Below, piece by piece: positions 49,362 through 60,049 of a stretch of 64,000 bases of DNA. The position numbers were made by a program, and so were the translations under genes. The notes under the pieces are model-generated. The model was not told the origin of the DNA. It searched no databases and saw only the letters and a program-made list of their open reading frames with translations. The stretch is from Planctomycetota bacterium (lineage in GTDB: Bacteria > Planctomycetota > Phycisphaerae > Phycisphaerales > SM1A02), in contig JAQBZO010000005.1 in NCBI GenBank assembly GCA_027622195.1, positions 18,861 through 82,860 on the forward strand, read 5' to 3'. Position 1 is the stretch's first letter; every line of letters starts with the position of its first letter.

Positions 49362-50865
49362 GGACCACCTCAAATGAAACGCCGCCGATGAGTCCTGCCA
49401 CTTCAATGAGCGCTGGATCCATCACTCCTCCTGACTGCGATGAAGTGCCAAGGAGGAGATGTCCAGGATGGAAGGCGCGGCCAGGAAGTGTGGCGTCGAG
49501 ATCGACCCACTGCCCATCGATGATCGCTTGGGTCCACATGTGCCACGCGAAGACATTGGTGGATCCTGCGAATCGATCCGCTGACACCACGCCAGTCGCC
49601 ACGCGCGCAGGAATCCCTTGCGATCGCAGGAGTGCGGCGAGGAGAGCGGCATGCTCTGTGCAATCTCCAGATCGAGTGGCGAGCGCTTCAGATGCGCTGG
49701 CAAAGGCTGATCCGAGATCTTTTCGACGGATGGCCTTGTACACCATTCGACGCAAGATCTCTGCTCGGTGGGCGATGGCTGGAGGCTCATCCGCAAGCGC
49801 GCGCACCGCAAGACTTGAAACACGCTCATCGTCTGAGTCGATCAACACACTCGATGCGGTGAACAGCACATCGGCGCGCTCTGCTTCGGATGCCACACTC
49901 GTTGTCCCAACACGCACCGTAACGCGCCACGGTCCTGCTTCATCGCGCTGTGCCGTTTGTGCTCCAATCGAAGGGATAGCGAGCGGCGCACCCGATGGAC
50001 GAGAGACGAGATACTCAGCCTCTTGCGCGCGAGAGAGTGCTGCGGCGTCCGCGACACCTTGAATCGGAGCGAGACTTCGCGCGAGCAATTCTGGCGCAGC
50101 GCCTGTCGCACCGAGCACTTTTTCGCGCGTCGAACGAACCATCGCGATGTCGCCCATCTCAGTCTTGTTGATCAATTCAACGAGGACTCCTGATGCGTCG
50201 TAGCGCTCGCGAATCGGAAAAGGTGCGATGTCGAGTTTTGTGTCCCACCACAACAGTGTTGACGCTGGTGCGTTTTTCGAATCGAGTTCTACTGCGCGCG
50301 TTGAAGTCATCGTCGCCACACGAAGTCCGGCCTCAAAGTCGAGCGTGCGAATCACGAAGGGACTCTCTCCGCGCGCGCGTGCTGCGGCACTCGCTCGCTG
50401 CGCTGCCACGGGCGCAAGCCAATCTCCCTCTGGACGCGCCACTTCTCGCTGTGATTTTTTTCGTCCAGTGTCGATTCGTTCGAGGACCCGTCCCTCTGCG
50501 AATTCCCACGTGGTCTTCGTCGGAGCGCCACCAAACTCAGTCTCGAGGGATGCTGATCGAATCTCCCCCGTGGCGGTTTCGGAACTCTCCTGTTTCGAAT
50601 GCACCGTGACCGTTTGTCCTGCGCGCGCCACGCGCAATTCCATCTCGAATCCAGTGTGAAGCAGATCGTTCGTTGCGTTGGTCCATTGGTGCATCCATCC
50701 GCAAGGCTGACTTGCAAGAGTGAGCTGATACCACTCGTCTGACTGTTGTTCGTCGGTCGCTCCGCGCGCGAATACCGAGACCATCGAGATCATGCACATC
50801 AAGGCGATCCCGCCCACGAACATCGAGCGATTCGAACGCGGTGAATGGACGTTAGCGGTCATCAT
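49351..50865 (-). CDS. Exported transglutaminase-like (Cys-His-Asp) domain protein
   Basis: GDCTEHA, GIPARVATG, WHMW, W.DLDAT; N-terminal hydrophobic helix. Confidence 0.88.
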   Translation of the reverse strand: MMTANVHSPRSNRSMFVGGIALMCMISMVSVFARGATDEQQSDEWYQLTLASQPCGWMHQWTNATNDLLHTGFEMELRVARAGQTVTVHSKQESSETATGEIRSASLETEFGGAPTKTTWEFAEGRVLERIDTGRKKSQREVARPEGDWLAPVAAQRASAAARARGESPFVIRTLDFEAGLRVATMTSTRAVELDSKNAPASTLLWWDTKLDIAPFPIRERYDASGVLVELINKTEMGDIAMVRSTREKVLGATGAAPELLARSLAPIQGVADAAALSRAQEAEYLVSRPSGAPLAIPSIGAQTAQRDEAGPWRVTVRVGTTSVASEAERADVLFTASSVLIDSDDERVSSLAVRALADEPPAIAHRAEILRRMVYKAIRRKDLGSAFASASEALATRSGDCTEHAALLAALLRSQGIPARVATGVVSADRFAGSTNVFAWHMWTQAIIDGQWVDLDATLPGRAFHPGHLLLGTSSQSGGVMDPALIEVAGLIGGVSFEVVRVR

Positions 50866-52456
50866 GGCGAAGCAGCGGGAAAAGGACAACATCGCGAATC
50901 GTCGGACTATTCGTGAGGAGCATCACAATGCGGTCCACGCCGAGTCCGATTCCTCCCGCGGGAGGCATTCCGACGCGAAGTGCTGTGATGAAGTCGTGAT
51001 CCATCGATCGGAAAGTGCTCGCCTCTTCATTGGCTCCGACCAGTTGCTCTTTGAACTTCGCCGTCTGAATATCAGGATCATTGAGTTCTGTGTACCCGGG
51101 ACCAATCTCCATGCCAGCCACAAAGAGATCCCATCGCTCGGCGATTTCAGGCTGCTTTCGAGATGGACGAGTGAGCGGACTCACCGCACTCGGATAATCC
51201 AACACAAAGGTAGGACGCGCTGGATCAATGAGTGGCTCGGCCTTGCTTTCAAAAAGCGCTTCAACCAAGAGCCAGAGATCTTTCTTGTCGAATCCTGCAA
51301 TACGAAGTTCTTGGGCGAGCAAGCGCACTTTCTTTTCGTCACGCATTCCAAATCCGCAGCCACGCTCGAACAACTCTTCAAATCGCACCTGCACGAATGG
51401 TTTTTGCCATTGGATACGCAGTTCACCAAAGGGAAGGACAGGACCTTCCGCAGAAACACCGTCCCCTTGACTCCACCCTTCCTTCACCACAGTCACGGCG
51501 AGTTCGTGGAGCAAACTCTCGGTCAATTCAATCATCGTGCCGTAATCACCGAAGGCTTCGTACGCCTCGATCGCGGTGAATTCTGGATTGTGCGATCGAT
51601 CGACACCTTCATTGCGAAAATTACGATTGATCTCAAAGACCTTTGGCATTCCGCCCACAAGAAGTCGCTTGAGATACAACTCAGGAGCGACTCGCATGAA
51701 GAGTTGCATGTCGAGCGAGTTGTGATGGGTCACAAAGGGACGAGCAGCCGCGCCGCCAGCGACGGGATGCATCATCGGTGTTTCGACTTCGAGGTATCCA
51801 CGCGACTCCATGAACCGACGCATCGCGCTCACGATGCCCGAACGCGCCTGAAATGTACGAATCGTCGCGGGATTCGCAAACATGTCGACGTAGCGGCGAC
51901 GGTATCGCGTTTCAGCATCTGACAATCCATGCCACTTCGAGGGAGGCGGCTCGAGATTCTTGCACTGCATCGTGAGTCGGTCCGCCCAGATACAAATCTC
52001 GCCACGGTTCGTTCGACCGATCGGACCCTCGGCAGTCACGATGTCCCCGTAATCGAGTCCCTTCGCTAAATCAAAACGAGTTTGGTCGACTTGCGCCTTT
52101 GAAATCGAGATCTGCAAGTCACCGCTCGCGTCTCGGATCCAGAAGAAGACGAGTTTTCCGAGATCTCTGTGTTGCACGACACGTCCAGCGACACGAGCGC
52201 GCGGTCGCCCATCTGCGGGAGGAGTTCCGCCGCCTTCCTTGGCGGCTTTCGCTGCGACATCATGGGCGGTGTGCGCCGATTCAGAAAACATGGAGCGCGC
52301 CGTCAAAAGATTCACCAATCCATCGACGCGGCTTCCGAACGGTTCGATGCCCAAAGCCCGAAGTGCTTCGAGTTTGGCACGACGAGCTGCCTCCAAGGCG
52401 TGCAGGTCTTCGGGCTCTTCAATGTTCGACGATGTTTCGTTGGAGGTTTCTGCCAC
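50852..52456 (-). CDS. lysS: Lysine--tRNA ligase (class II)
   Basis: GGAAARPF.THHN, APELYLKRL, FRNEG, HNPEFT, YTELNDP, GMPPAGG.GLGVDR. Confidence 0.98.
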   Translation of the reverse strand: MAETSNETSSNIEEPEDLHALEAARRAKLEALRALGIEPFGSRVDGLVNLLTARSMFSESAHTAHDVAAKAAKEGGGTPPADGRPRARVAGRVVQHRDLGKLVFFWIRDASGDLQISISKAQVDQTRFDLAKGLDYGDIVTAEGPIGRTNRGEICIWADRLTMQCKNLEPPPSKWHGLSDAETRYRRRYVDMFANPATIRTFQARSGIVSAMRRFMESRGYLEVETPMMHPVAGGAAARPFVTHHNSLDMQLFMRVAPELYLKRLLVGGMPKVFEINRNFRNEGVDRSHNPEFTAIEAYEAFGDYGTMIELTESLLHELAVTVVKEGWSQGDGVSAEGPVLPFGELRIQWQKPFVQVRFEELFERGCGFGMRDEKKVRLLAQELRIAGFDKKDLWLLVEALFESKAEPLIDPARPTFVLDYPSAVSPLTRPSRKQPEIAERWDLFVAGMEIGPGYTELNDPDIQTAKFKEQLVGANEEASTFRSMDHDFITALRVGMPPAGGIGLGVDRIVMLLTNSPTIRDVVLFPLLRHDDR

Positions 52457-52559
52457 GATGAACTCATTCCAAATGATTGCCTGTTGATCCTACCGAACGC
52501 AGATCGGGCGATCCTCGATACGATCCATCCTGACACGCACTTTCGCGTGGCGAACACCT

Positions 52560-53711
52560 ATGAGCCATAAGCACATTCGACGAATCGGCGTGATGACCTC
52601 TGGAGGCGATTGCCCTGGACTCAATGCGGTCATCCGCGCCGTGACCAAGACCGCGATTTATCAAGCAGGCATCGAGGTTCTCGGCATCGAGGACGGATTC
52701 CAGGGTCTTGTCGAGGACCGAGTGCGCCCATTGAATGCGCGCGCAGTTTCTGGCATTCTGACTCGCGGTGGCACCATTCTTGGATCGAACAATCGCGCCA
52801 ATCCGAAGCGTTACCACGTCGGTCGCGATGCGAATGGAAATCCTGTTTATGAAGATAAGGTCCCCACTTGCATCGAGACGCTTCGCAAACACTCGCTCGA
52901 CGCGCTCATTGTGATTGGCGGAGATGGCAGCATGGGTGCTGCGGCTCCTCTCGTGGAAGCAGGCGTCAACATCATCGGCGTCCCAAAAACAATCGACAAC
53001 GATCTCTTCGGAACTGAAATCACATTCGGTTTTCTGACCGCCGTCGCCACGGCAACGGACGCGCTCGACCGACTCCACTCCACGGCCGATAGCCACCACC
53101 GCGTCGTGGTCTGCGAGGTCATGGGGCGCAATGCAGGATGGATCGCACTCACTGCTGGCGTGGCGAGCGGATCGGATGTCATCCTGATGCCAGAGATTCC
53201 TTTCGACATCGGTCATGTTTCGGACTACATCAAGGAGAGAGTCCACAAGGGCCCAGGTTTCGCCGTGGTCGTTGTCAGTGAGGGCGCTCGTCTGCGCGGC
53301 GGCAATCAAATGGTCGCGCGTGTCGATGACCGAAGCGCGGATCCCATCCGACTCGGCGGTATTGGTGCCTCCGTTGCACAGGCGATTGAGCTCGCGACGG
53401 GAGTCGAAACGCGCACCACGGTCCTCGGTCATGTTCAGCGCGGCGGAACGCCCATTGCTGCCGACCGCATCCTCGCGACTCACTTCGGATATCACGCGAT
53501 CGCCACATTGATGGCTGGAAAAACGGGACGAATGGTTGTTCGCAACAAGAACTCGTTCGGAGATATTGCCCTTCTGCAAGCGGCGGGCAAGCAACGGCTC
53601 GTCCCGACGAACCATTCACTCGTGGCCGCAGCGCGAGCACTTGGCACCAACTTCGGTGATGGTCAAGCTTGGCATCATCCCAATGACGACGAGCCTTCCG
53701 TGGTCGTCTAA
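52560..53711 (+). CDS. pfkA: 6-phosphofructokinase (ATP-type GGDG signature)
   Basis: TSGGDCPGLN, GGTILG, GGDGS, PKTIDND, EVMGR, LGHVQRGG. Confidence 0.95.
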   Translation: MSHKHIRRIGVMTSGGDCPGLNAVIRAVTKTAIYQAGIEVLGIEDGFQGLVEDRVRPLNARAVSGILTRGGTILGSNNRANPKRYHVGRDANGNPVYEDKVPTCIETLRKHSLDALIVIGGDGSMGAAAPLVEAGVNIIGVPKTIDNDLFGTEITFGFLTAVATATDALDRLHSTADSHHRVVVCEVMGRNAGWIALTAGVASGSDVILMPEIPFDIGHVSDYIKERVHKGPGFAVVVVSEGARLRGGNQMVARVDDRSADPIRLGGIGASVAQAIELATGVETRTTVLGHVQRGGTPIAADRILATHFGYHAIATLMAGKTGRMVVRNKNSFGDIALLQAAGKQRLVPTNHSLVAAARALGTNFGDGQAWHHPNDDEPSVVV

Positions 53712-53741
53712 TCCTGAACTAGCCTGTACGATCGCCACTTG

Positions 53742-54434
53742 ATGGTGCCGATGCCGACACATCCAATCGTGTGGATCGTTGGGACGATCGTCGCTGCTGC
53801 GCTTGGATCCATCCCATGTGGGTTGATCATCGGACGATCGCAGGGCATTGACATTCGACAGTGTGGATCGGGCAACATCGGCGCGACCAATGTGTGGAGA
53901 GTGCTCGGACGGCGATGTGGATTGTGCTGCTTCGCGCTCGACTTCTTCAAGGGATTCATTCCGGTCCTCTCCGTTGGCAACTTTCTTCATCTCGTCGGAC
54001 GTGCTCCTTCCTCCATCCCCGCCATCGATCAGGCCGCGTGGTTTTGCGTGGTCGTCGCCGCTGTCCTCGGACACATGTTTTCTCCGTTTGCAGGGTTCAA
54101 AGGGGGTAAAGGTGTCGCCACGGGATTCGGCGGACTCGCTGCCATGTGGACGATCGCCACGATTCCAGTCTTGGCTTCGTTTGTGATTTTTCTCGTGGTG
54201 ATGAAAGTGTCGAGATATGTGTCGTTGGGGGCATTGGTTTCAGTATCTGCACTTCCATTCTTGATCGCCGCCTGGAGTGCAACCCTCTCGGACTCGGGCA
54301 CGATCATCTCCCGCGTGACATCGGTCTGGCCGACGATCCTTTTTTCAGCGGTGCTTGCCGCACTCATCATCTTCAAACACCGTTCTAACATTCAACGATT
54401 GGTCGCTGGCACCGAGAACAAGATTCCATCATGA
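53742..54434 (+). CDS. plsY: Glycerol-3-phosphate acyltransferase PlsY
   Basis: LGSIP, DIR..GSGNIGATN..R, D..KG, GH, FKGGKGVAT, KHRSNI.RL..GTE. Confidence 0.95.
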   Translation: MVPMPTHPIVWIVGTIVAAALGSIPCGLIIGRSQGIDIRQCGSGNIGATNVWRVLGRRCGLCCFALDFFKGFIPVLSVGNFLHLVGRAPSSIPAIDQAAWFCVVVAAVLGHMFSPFAGFKGGKGVATGFGGLAAMWTIATIPVLASFVIFLVVMKVSRYVSLGALVSVSALPFLIAAWSATLSDSGTIISRVTSVWPTILFSAVLAALIIFKHRSNIQRLVAGTENKIPS

Positions 54435-55879
54435 GCGAAGATTCACATCACTACGGGTATCGCAGTCCACTCGAAGCGCGCAATGCAAGCGCGGCGATGC
54501 GACGTGTCTGGAGCGACCAACGCAAGTTTTCTGCATGGCGTCGCATTTGGCACGCACTCGCTCAGGCGCAGCATGAGGCAGGACTTTCGGTCACACGCGC
54601 GCAGGTGGACGCGATTGGAGCGCACCTCGACGACATTGACTTTGCCTCTGCTGCGAAGCACGAGAAGATGCTCCGACACGATGTCATGGCGCATATTCAC
54701 ACGCTGGGTGAAGTGGCTCCTGAAGCGCGAGCGATCATTCATTTGGGTGCGACGAGTCAGGATGTCGTCTGCAACGCGGATGTGATCATCCAACACGAAG
54801 CGCTCGGCATCATTGAACTCAAACTCGCACGCGTCATCGATCGACTTTCAACGCTCGCCGCGCAGCATCGCGACTTGCCCTGCCTCGGATTCACCCACTA
54901 TCAACCCGCGCAACCCATCACTTTTGGAAAGCGGGCGATGCTCTGGGCACAGGATTTTTCAGTCGCGCACCAAGAAGTCGCCGCCGCGCGCCTTGGGCTG
55001 AAACTGCGCGGACTCAGAGGAGCGACAGGCACTCAGGCTTCGTACCTTTCTCTCTTGGGAGGACACTCTTCCAAGGTCGATGCCCTCGAAGAGGCTTTCA
55101 CCCGCCACCTTGGATGGTCAGGTCAACGGTGGGATGGATGTGCACAAACCTATCCACGCATCGCCGATGCCAAAATGCTTTCAGCGCTCGCGGTTGCGGC
55201 GTGCGCAGTCCACAAGACTTGCAACGATTTGCGCCTCTTGTGCAATCTGCGAGAGATCGATGAACCCTTCGAGCAAGATCAGATTGGCTCGAGCGCGATG
55301 CCGTACAAGCGCAATCCAATGCGGTGCGAACGGGCGACCGGACTCGCTCGGTTCGTCATGAATCTCACGCACAACGCGTATGACACCGCGAGCACGCAGT
55401 GGCTCGAACGGACACTGGATGACAGTTCGAATCGTCGCCTGTCCATCCCCGAAAGTTTTCTGGCCCTCGACGGCGCACTCGACATCATGATCAATGTCGC
55501 TGCTGGAATGGTCGTCTATCCGCGAGTCTGCGCGGCGCGACTCGATGCAGAAATGCCCTTCCTCGCCACTGAAAACATCATGTTGGCCGCAGTCCTCGCT
55601 GGTGCCGATCGACAGGATGCGCACGAGGTCATACTCAAACACGCCGTGAGTGCAGCGCAGCGCATGAAGCAAGAAGGAACTCCCAATGACCTTCTCGACC
55701 GATTGAAGTCCGAGCCACTGTTTCAACGACTTGGCATCGATCCGCGCGCGTCCCTGAATCCAAAGGACTTCGTGGGTCGTTCACCAGAACAAGTGGACCG
55801 CATGATCCAATCGATTGCCGCGCCTTTGCGCGCGAAGTACAAAGATGCTCTTCAGGACAATCCACAGTTGCGCGTCTAG
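54431..55879 (+). CDS. purB: Adenylosuccinate lyase
   Basis: RHDVMAH, IHLGATS, THYQPAQ, GSSAMPYKRNP, LERTLDDS. Confidence 0.96.
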   Translation: MSEDSHHYGYRSPLEARNASAAMRRVWSDQRKFSAWRRIWHALAQAQHEAGLSVTRAQVDAIGAHLDDIDFASAAKHEKMLRHDVMAHIHTLGEVAPEARAIIHLGATSQDVVCNADVIIQHEALGIIELKLARVIDRLSTLAAQHRDLPCLGFTHYQPAQPITFGKRAMLWAQDFSVAHQEVAAARLGLKLRGLRGATGTQASYLSLLGGHSSKVDALEEAFTRHLGWSGQRWDGCAQTYPRIADAKMLSALAVAACAVHKTCNDLRLLCNLREIDEPFEQDQIGSSAMPYKRNPMRCERATGLARFVMNLTHNAYDTASTQWLERTLDDSSNRRLSIPESFLALDGALDIMINVAAGMVVYPRVCAARLDAEMPFLATENIMLAAVLAGADRQDAHEVILKHAVSAAQRMKQEGTPNDLLDRLKSEPLFQRLGIDPRASLNPKDFVGRSPEQVDRMIQSIAAPLRAKYKDALQDNPQLRV

Positions 55880-55890
55880 TGAGTTTTCTC

Positions 55891-56484
55891 ATGCCAGCCC
55901 CTCGACTTGACAGTGTCCATGTGGCGTTGATTGTGATCGATGTGCAGCCGCGCATCATGTCCGCAGTGCATGCGCACGAAACGATCACCACCAATATCGC
56001 AGCGATGATCGAGGGGTGTCGCTGTCTCGACATTCCCACCGCGCTCACCGAGCATTGCGTGGATCGATTTGGAGAAAGCGTCCCTGAGATCGCAGCGCAA
56101 GCTGCACAAGGGGCAACTCGATTTGCGAAGACTCGCTTCAGTGCCGCAACGGCTGAACTTGTCGGTTGGTTGCGCTCAACCGACAAACGACAGGTGATCC
56201 TGTGTGGAGTCGAAGCGCATGTGTGTGTCCTTCAGACCGCGATTGATCTTGCGAACGAAGGGATTCGTCCGTTCCTCTTGATCGACGCGATCTCTGCCAC
56301 CCTTCCAAGTCAAATTGCGCCAGCGATTCGTCGAATGGAATCCGCAGGAGCAGTTTCGTCAAGTGTGATTGGCGCGTTGTACGAATTGATGCAGGATGCG
56401 AACCATCCCGCCTTTCGATCCGTGCTCGTCGCCGCCAAGCGGGTACGAGATTTTTCAGATCAAACGGAAAACGTAGTCCGATAA
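55891..56484 (+). CDS. Isochorismatase-family cysteine hydrolase
   Basis: VIDVQ, KTRFSA, GVEAHVCVLQT. Confidence 0.9.
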   Translation: MPAPRLDSVHVALIVIDVQPRIMSAVHAHETITTNIAAMIEGCRCLDIPTALTEHCVDRFGESVPEIAAQAAQGATRFAKTRFSAATAELVGWLRSTDKRQVILCGVEAHVCVLQTAIDLANEGIRPFLLIDAISATLPSQIAPAIRRMESAGAVSSSVIGALYELMQDANHPAFRSVLVAAKRVRDFSDQTENVVR

Positions 56485-56591
56485 CTTAGTTTTCATTGAC
56501 CGAAAAAACTCTTTTCCACCATTTGGCAACGAAAAAACTCAGCGAGCGTGTCGGAACGCGTTGCTCATTCTCGCCACCGTGGATGGAGGGA

Positions 56592-56777
56592 TTACTCCCC
56601 GCCAGGTCCGCGAGCTTGCAGAATGGTGTCGCGAACGACTTTCGCCTGTTCTCGAATTTCCTGCATTGCCTTACGGGCACGCGTTCCAGCAGCCTTGTTT
56701 CCTTCGTGCGCCTTTTCAACATCCAAGCGAGCAGCCTCTGCAAGTTCAATCAGCTTCTGATAGGTCTCCATGATCAT
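56592..56777 (-). CDS. Histone H1-like Hc1 family small protein
   Basis: GNKAAGTRARKAM motif; SD AGGAGG upstream. Confidence 0.8.
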   Translation of the reverse strand: MIMETYQKLIELAEAARLDVEKAHEGNKAAGTRARKAMQEIREQAKVVRDTILQARGPGGE

Positions 56778-56891
56778 GGGCGACCTCCTTTCGTTGAGCC
56801 TAAAGGGTATCGAATGGCGTTATTCTTCGCAAAGGGGTCCCCAAAGGGCTCCACCTGTTCTCGGACCACCGAACCCCGCTTGGAACCACTT

Positions 56892-57365
56892 ATGGCCGCC
56901 GAACCACTCATCGACTTGTCGACCATTGACCTCCAATCGACCCTGATCCATCCCACTGGACTCGACCTCATCCTCGCTCAGAGTGGACATATGCGCATGA
57001 TCGACCGTGTGATTTATGCCGATACGTCTCGCGACATCCTCGTTGGTGCAAAGCGCATTCGGTCGGATGAGTTTTGGGTTGCGGGACATATTCCTGGACG
57101 CCCCCTCTTCCCCGGAGTGCTCATGATCGAGTGCGCAGCGCAAAGCTCGAGCGTGTACATGGTGAAGTACCGCAACCAATCTGGTTTTCTCGGATTCATT
57201 CGCTGCAACAATATTTCGTTTCGGGGACAAGTGGTGCCAGGTGATGAGTTCATCGTTGTGACGCACCTCACCTCATTCAATGCAAGAAGATTCGTCAGCG
57301 CGAATCAAGGATTCGTGAATGGGAAGTTGATGTTTGAAGCCGAAATCACTGGAATGGCGATCTAA
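56892..57365 (+). CDS. fabZ: 3-hydroxyacyl-ACP dehydratase FabZ/FabA family
   Basis: MIDRV, EFW..GHIPGRPLFPGVLMIE..AQ, F...VVPGD. Confidence 0.88.
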   Translation: MAAEPLIDLSTIDLQSTLIHPTGLDLILAQSGHMRMIDRVIYADTSRDILVGAKRIRSDEFWVAGHIPGRPLFPGVLMIECAAQSSSVYMVKYRNQSGFLGFIRCNNISFRGQVVPGDEFIVVTHLTSFNARRFVSANQGFVNGKLMFEAEITGMAI

Positions 57366-57377
57366 CGGAACCTTGCG

Positions 57378-58421
57378 ATGAGTGGACTGCAAGACCCAAT
57401 CGTCCTCACACCACTTCTGAAAAAAAGGATGTGGGGAGGCACGCGCATCGAGTCGATGATGAGTGCGCGATGCAGTGCGAAACCGATCGGTGAAGCGTGG
57501 TTGGTTTCTGACCTCCCCGAACCGATTGTGAATGGAGTTTCACCGATCAGCCACGGTGCCGCACATGAAGTCACCACATTGCGTGAGGCCATTCGTGCTG
57601 ATCCGACTGCGTGGCTTGGCAGCGCGATTCCCGGTCCATCTGGCACTTTCCCGCTACTTTTGAAGATTCTTGATGCGAGAGAAAACCTCTCGGTGCAGGT
57701 TCATCCTGATGCGCGGTACGCGAAACAACATCCAGACGCGCTCATGAAAAGCGAGGCGTGGGTCATCCTTCATCACGAACCTGGCGCGATGATTTATCGA
57801 GGACTCCGCCCATCGTTCACCATCGATGCGCTGCGTGGCGCGGCTAATACTGGCACGATCCTCAAGGACCTGATCGCGATTCCAGCGCGCGTCGGCGACT
57901 GCCACTATCTCCCCAGTGGTATTTGTCACGCGCTCGGCGCAGGCATTACCGCGTTTGAAGTGCAAACACCAAGTGACACGACTTTTCGTGTTTTCGATTG
58001 GAATCGAAACGATCCCGATCGACCGCTTCACCTCACTGAAGCCGAAGAGTGCATCCTTCTTGGGAACGATCAACATCTCGATGCATTGACGGCGATGGCG
58101 ACTCCGCAGCGTGGTCCTGGAGGAAGTCTTCGCCTCGTCGCCAACGAATTCTTCTCCATCGATCGAGTCACCCTGCCTCCAGACGGTCGATTGGAGTTCG
58201 ATCCCTCATCCACGCCGCGCATGGCCTGGATTCAACAGGGTCATGGTCGACTCTCTTGGCCAGATGACGCAGTTGCCGTTCCTTCAGGAGGGACATTTGT
58301 CGTTGCGGCCAATTGCGTTCCCACTTTTTGGACGGCACCAGAAGGCGGGACAATTCTGGTCACAACCGCCGCCGACGGAAGTGGATTGGCGATCCAATCA
58401 CCCGCATTTCGGATCGCGTGA
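57378..58421 (+). CDS. manA: Class I mannose-6-phosphate isomerase
   Basis: WGG, IGEAW, FPLLLKILDA, LSVQVHP, KSEAW, HAL, EVQ..SDTTFR.FDW.R. Confidence 0.92.
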   Translation: MSGLQDPIVLTPLLKKRMWGGTRIESMMSARCSAKPIGEAWLVSDLPEPIVNGVSPISHGAAHEVTTLREAIRADPTAWLGSAIPGPSGTFPLLLKILDARENLSVQVHPDARYAKQHPDALMKSEAWVILHHEPGAMIYRGLRPSFTIDALRGAANTGTILKDLIAIPARVGDCHYLPSGICHALGAGITAFEVQTPSDTTFRVFDWNRNDPDRPLHLTEAEECILLGNDQHLDALTAMATPQRGPGGSLRLVANEFFSIDRVTLPPDGRLEFDPSSTPRMAWIQQGHGRLSWPDDAVAVPSGGTFVVAANCVPTFWTAPEGGTILVTTAADGSGLAIQSPAFRIA

Positions 58422-59960
<1,539 letters not shown>

Positions 59961-59988
59961 CTCGCTTCTACAACATCGTCTTGCATAT

Positions 59989-60020
59989 GCCCCTCTGCTT
60001 TTTGCGGAGGGGCTTTTTTT
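59989..60020 (+). terminator. Intrinsic terminator after atpD
   Basis: GCCCCTCTGC-TTTTT-GCGGAGGGGC-TTTTTTT. Confidence 0.9.
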
Positions 60021-60049
60021 GATTCCACCACAACGCCTACGCTCTCCGC

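Noticed and set aside
56496..56891. 132-aa N-terminal extension of FabZ in the ORF track
   Set aside because: Overlaps the antisense Hc1-like gene; ATG 56892 is the plausible start
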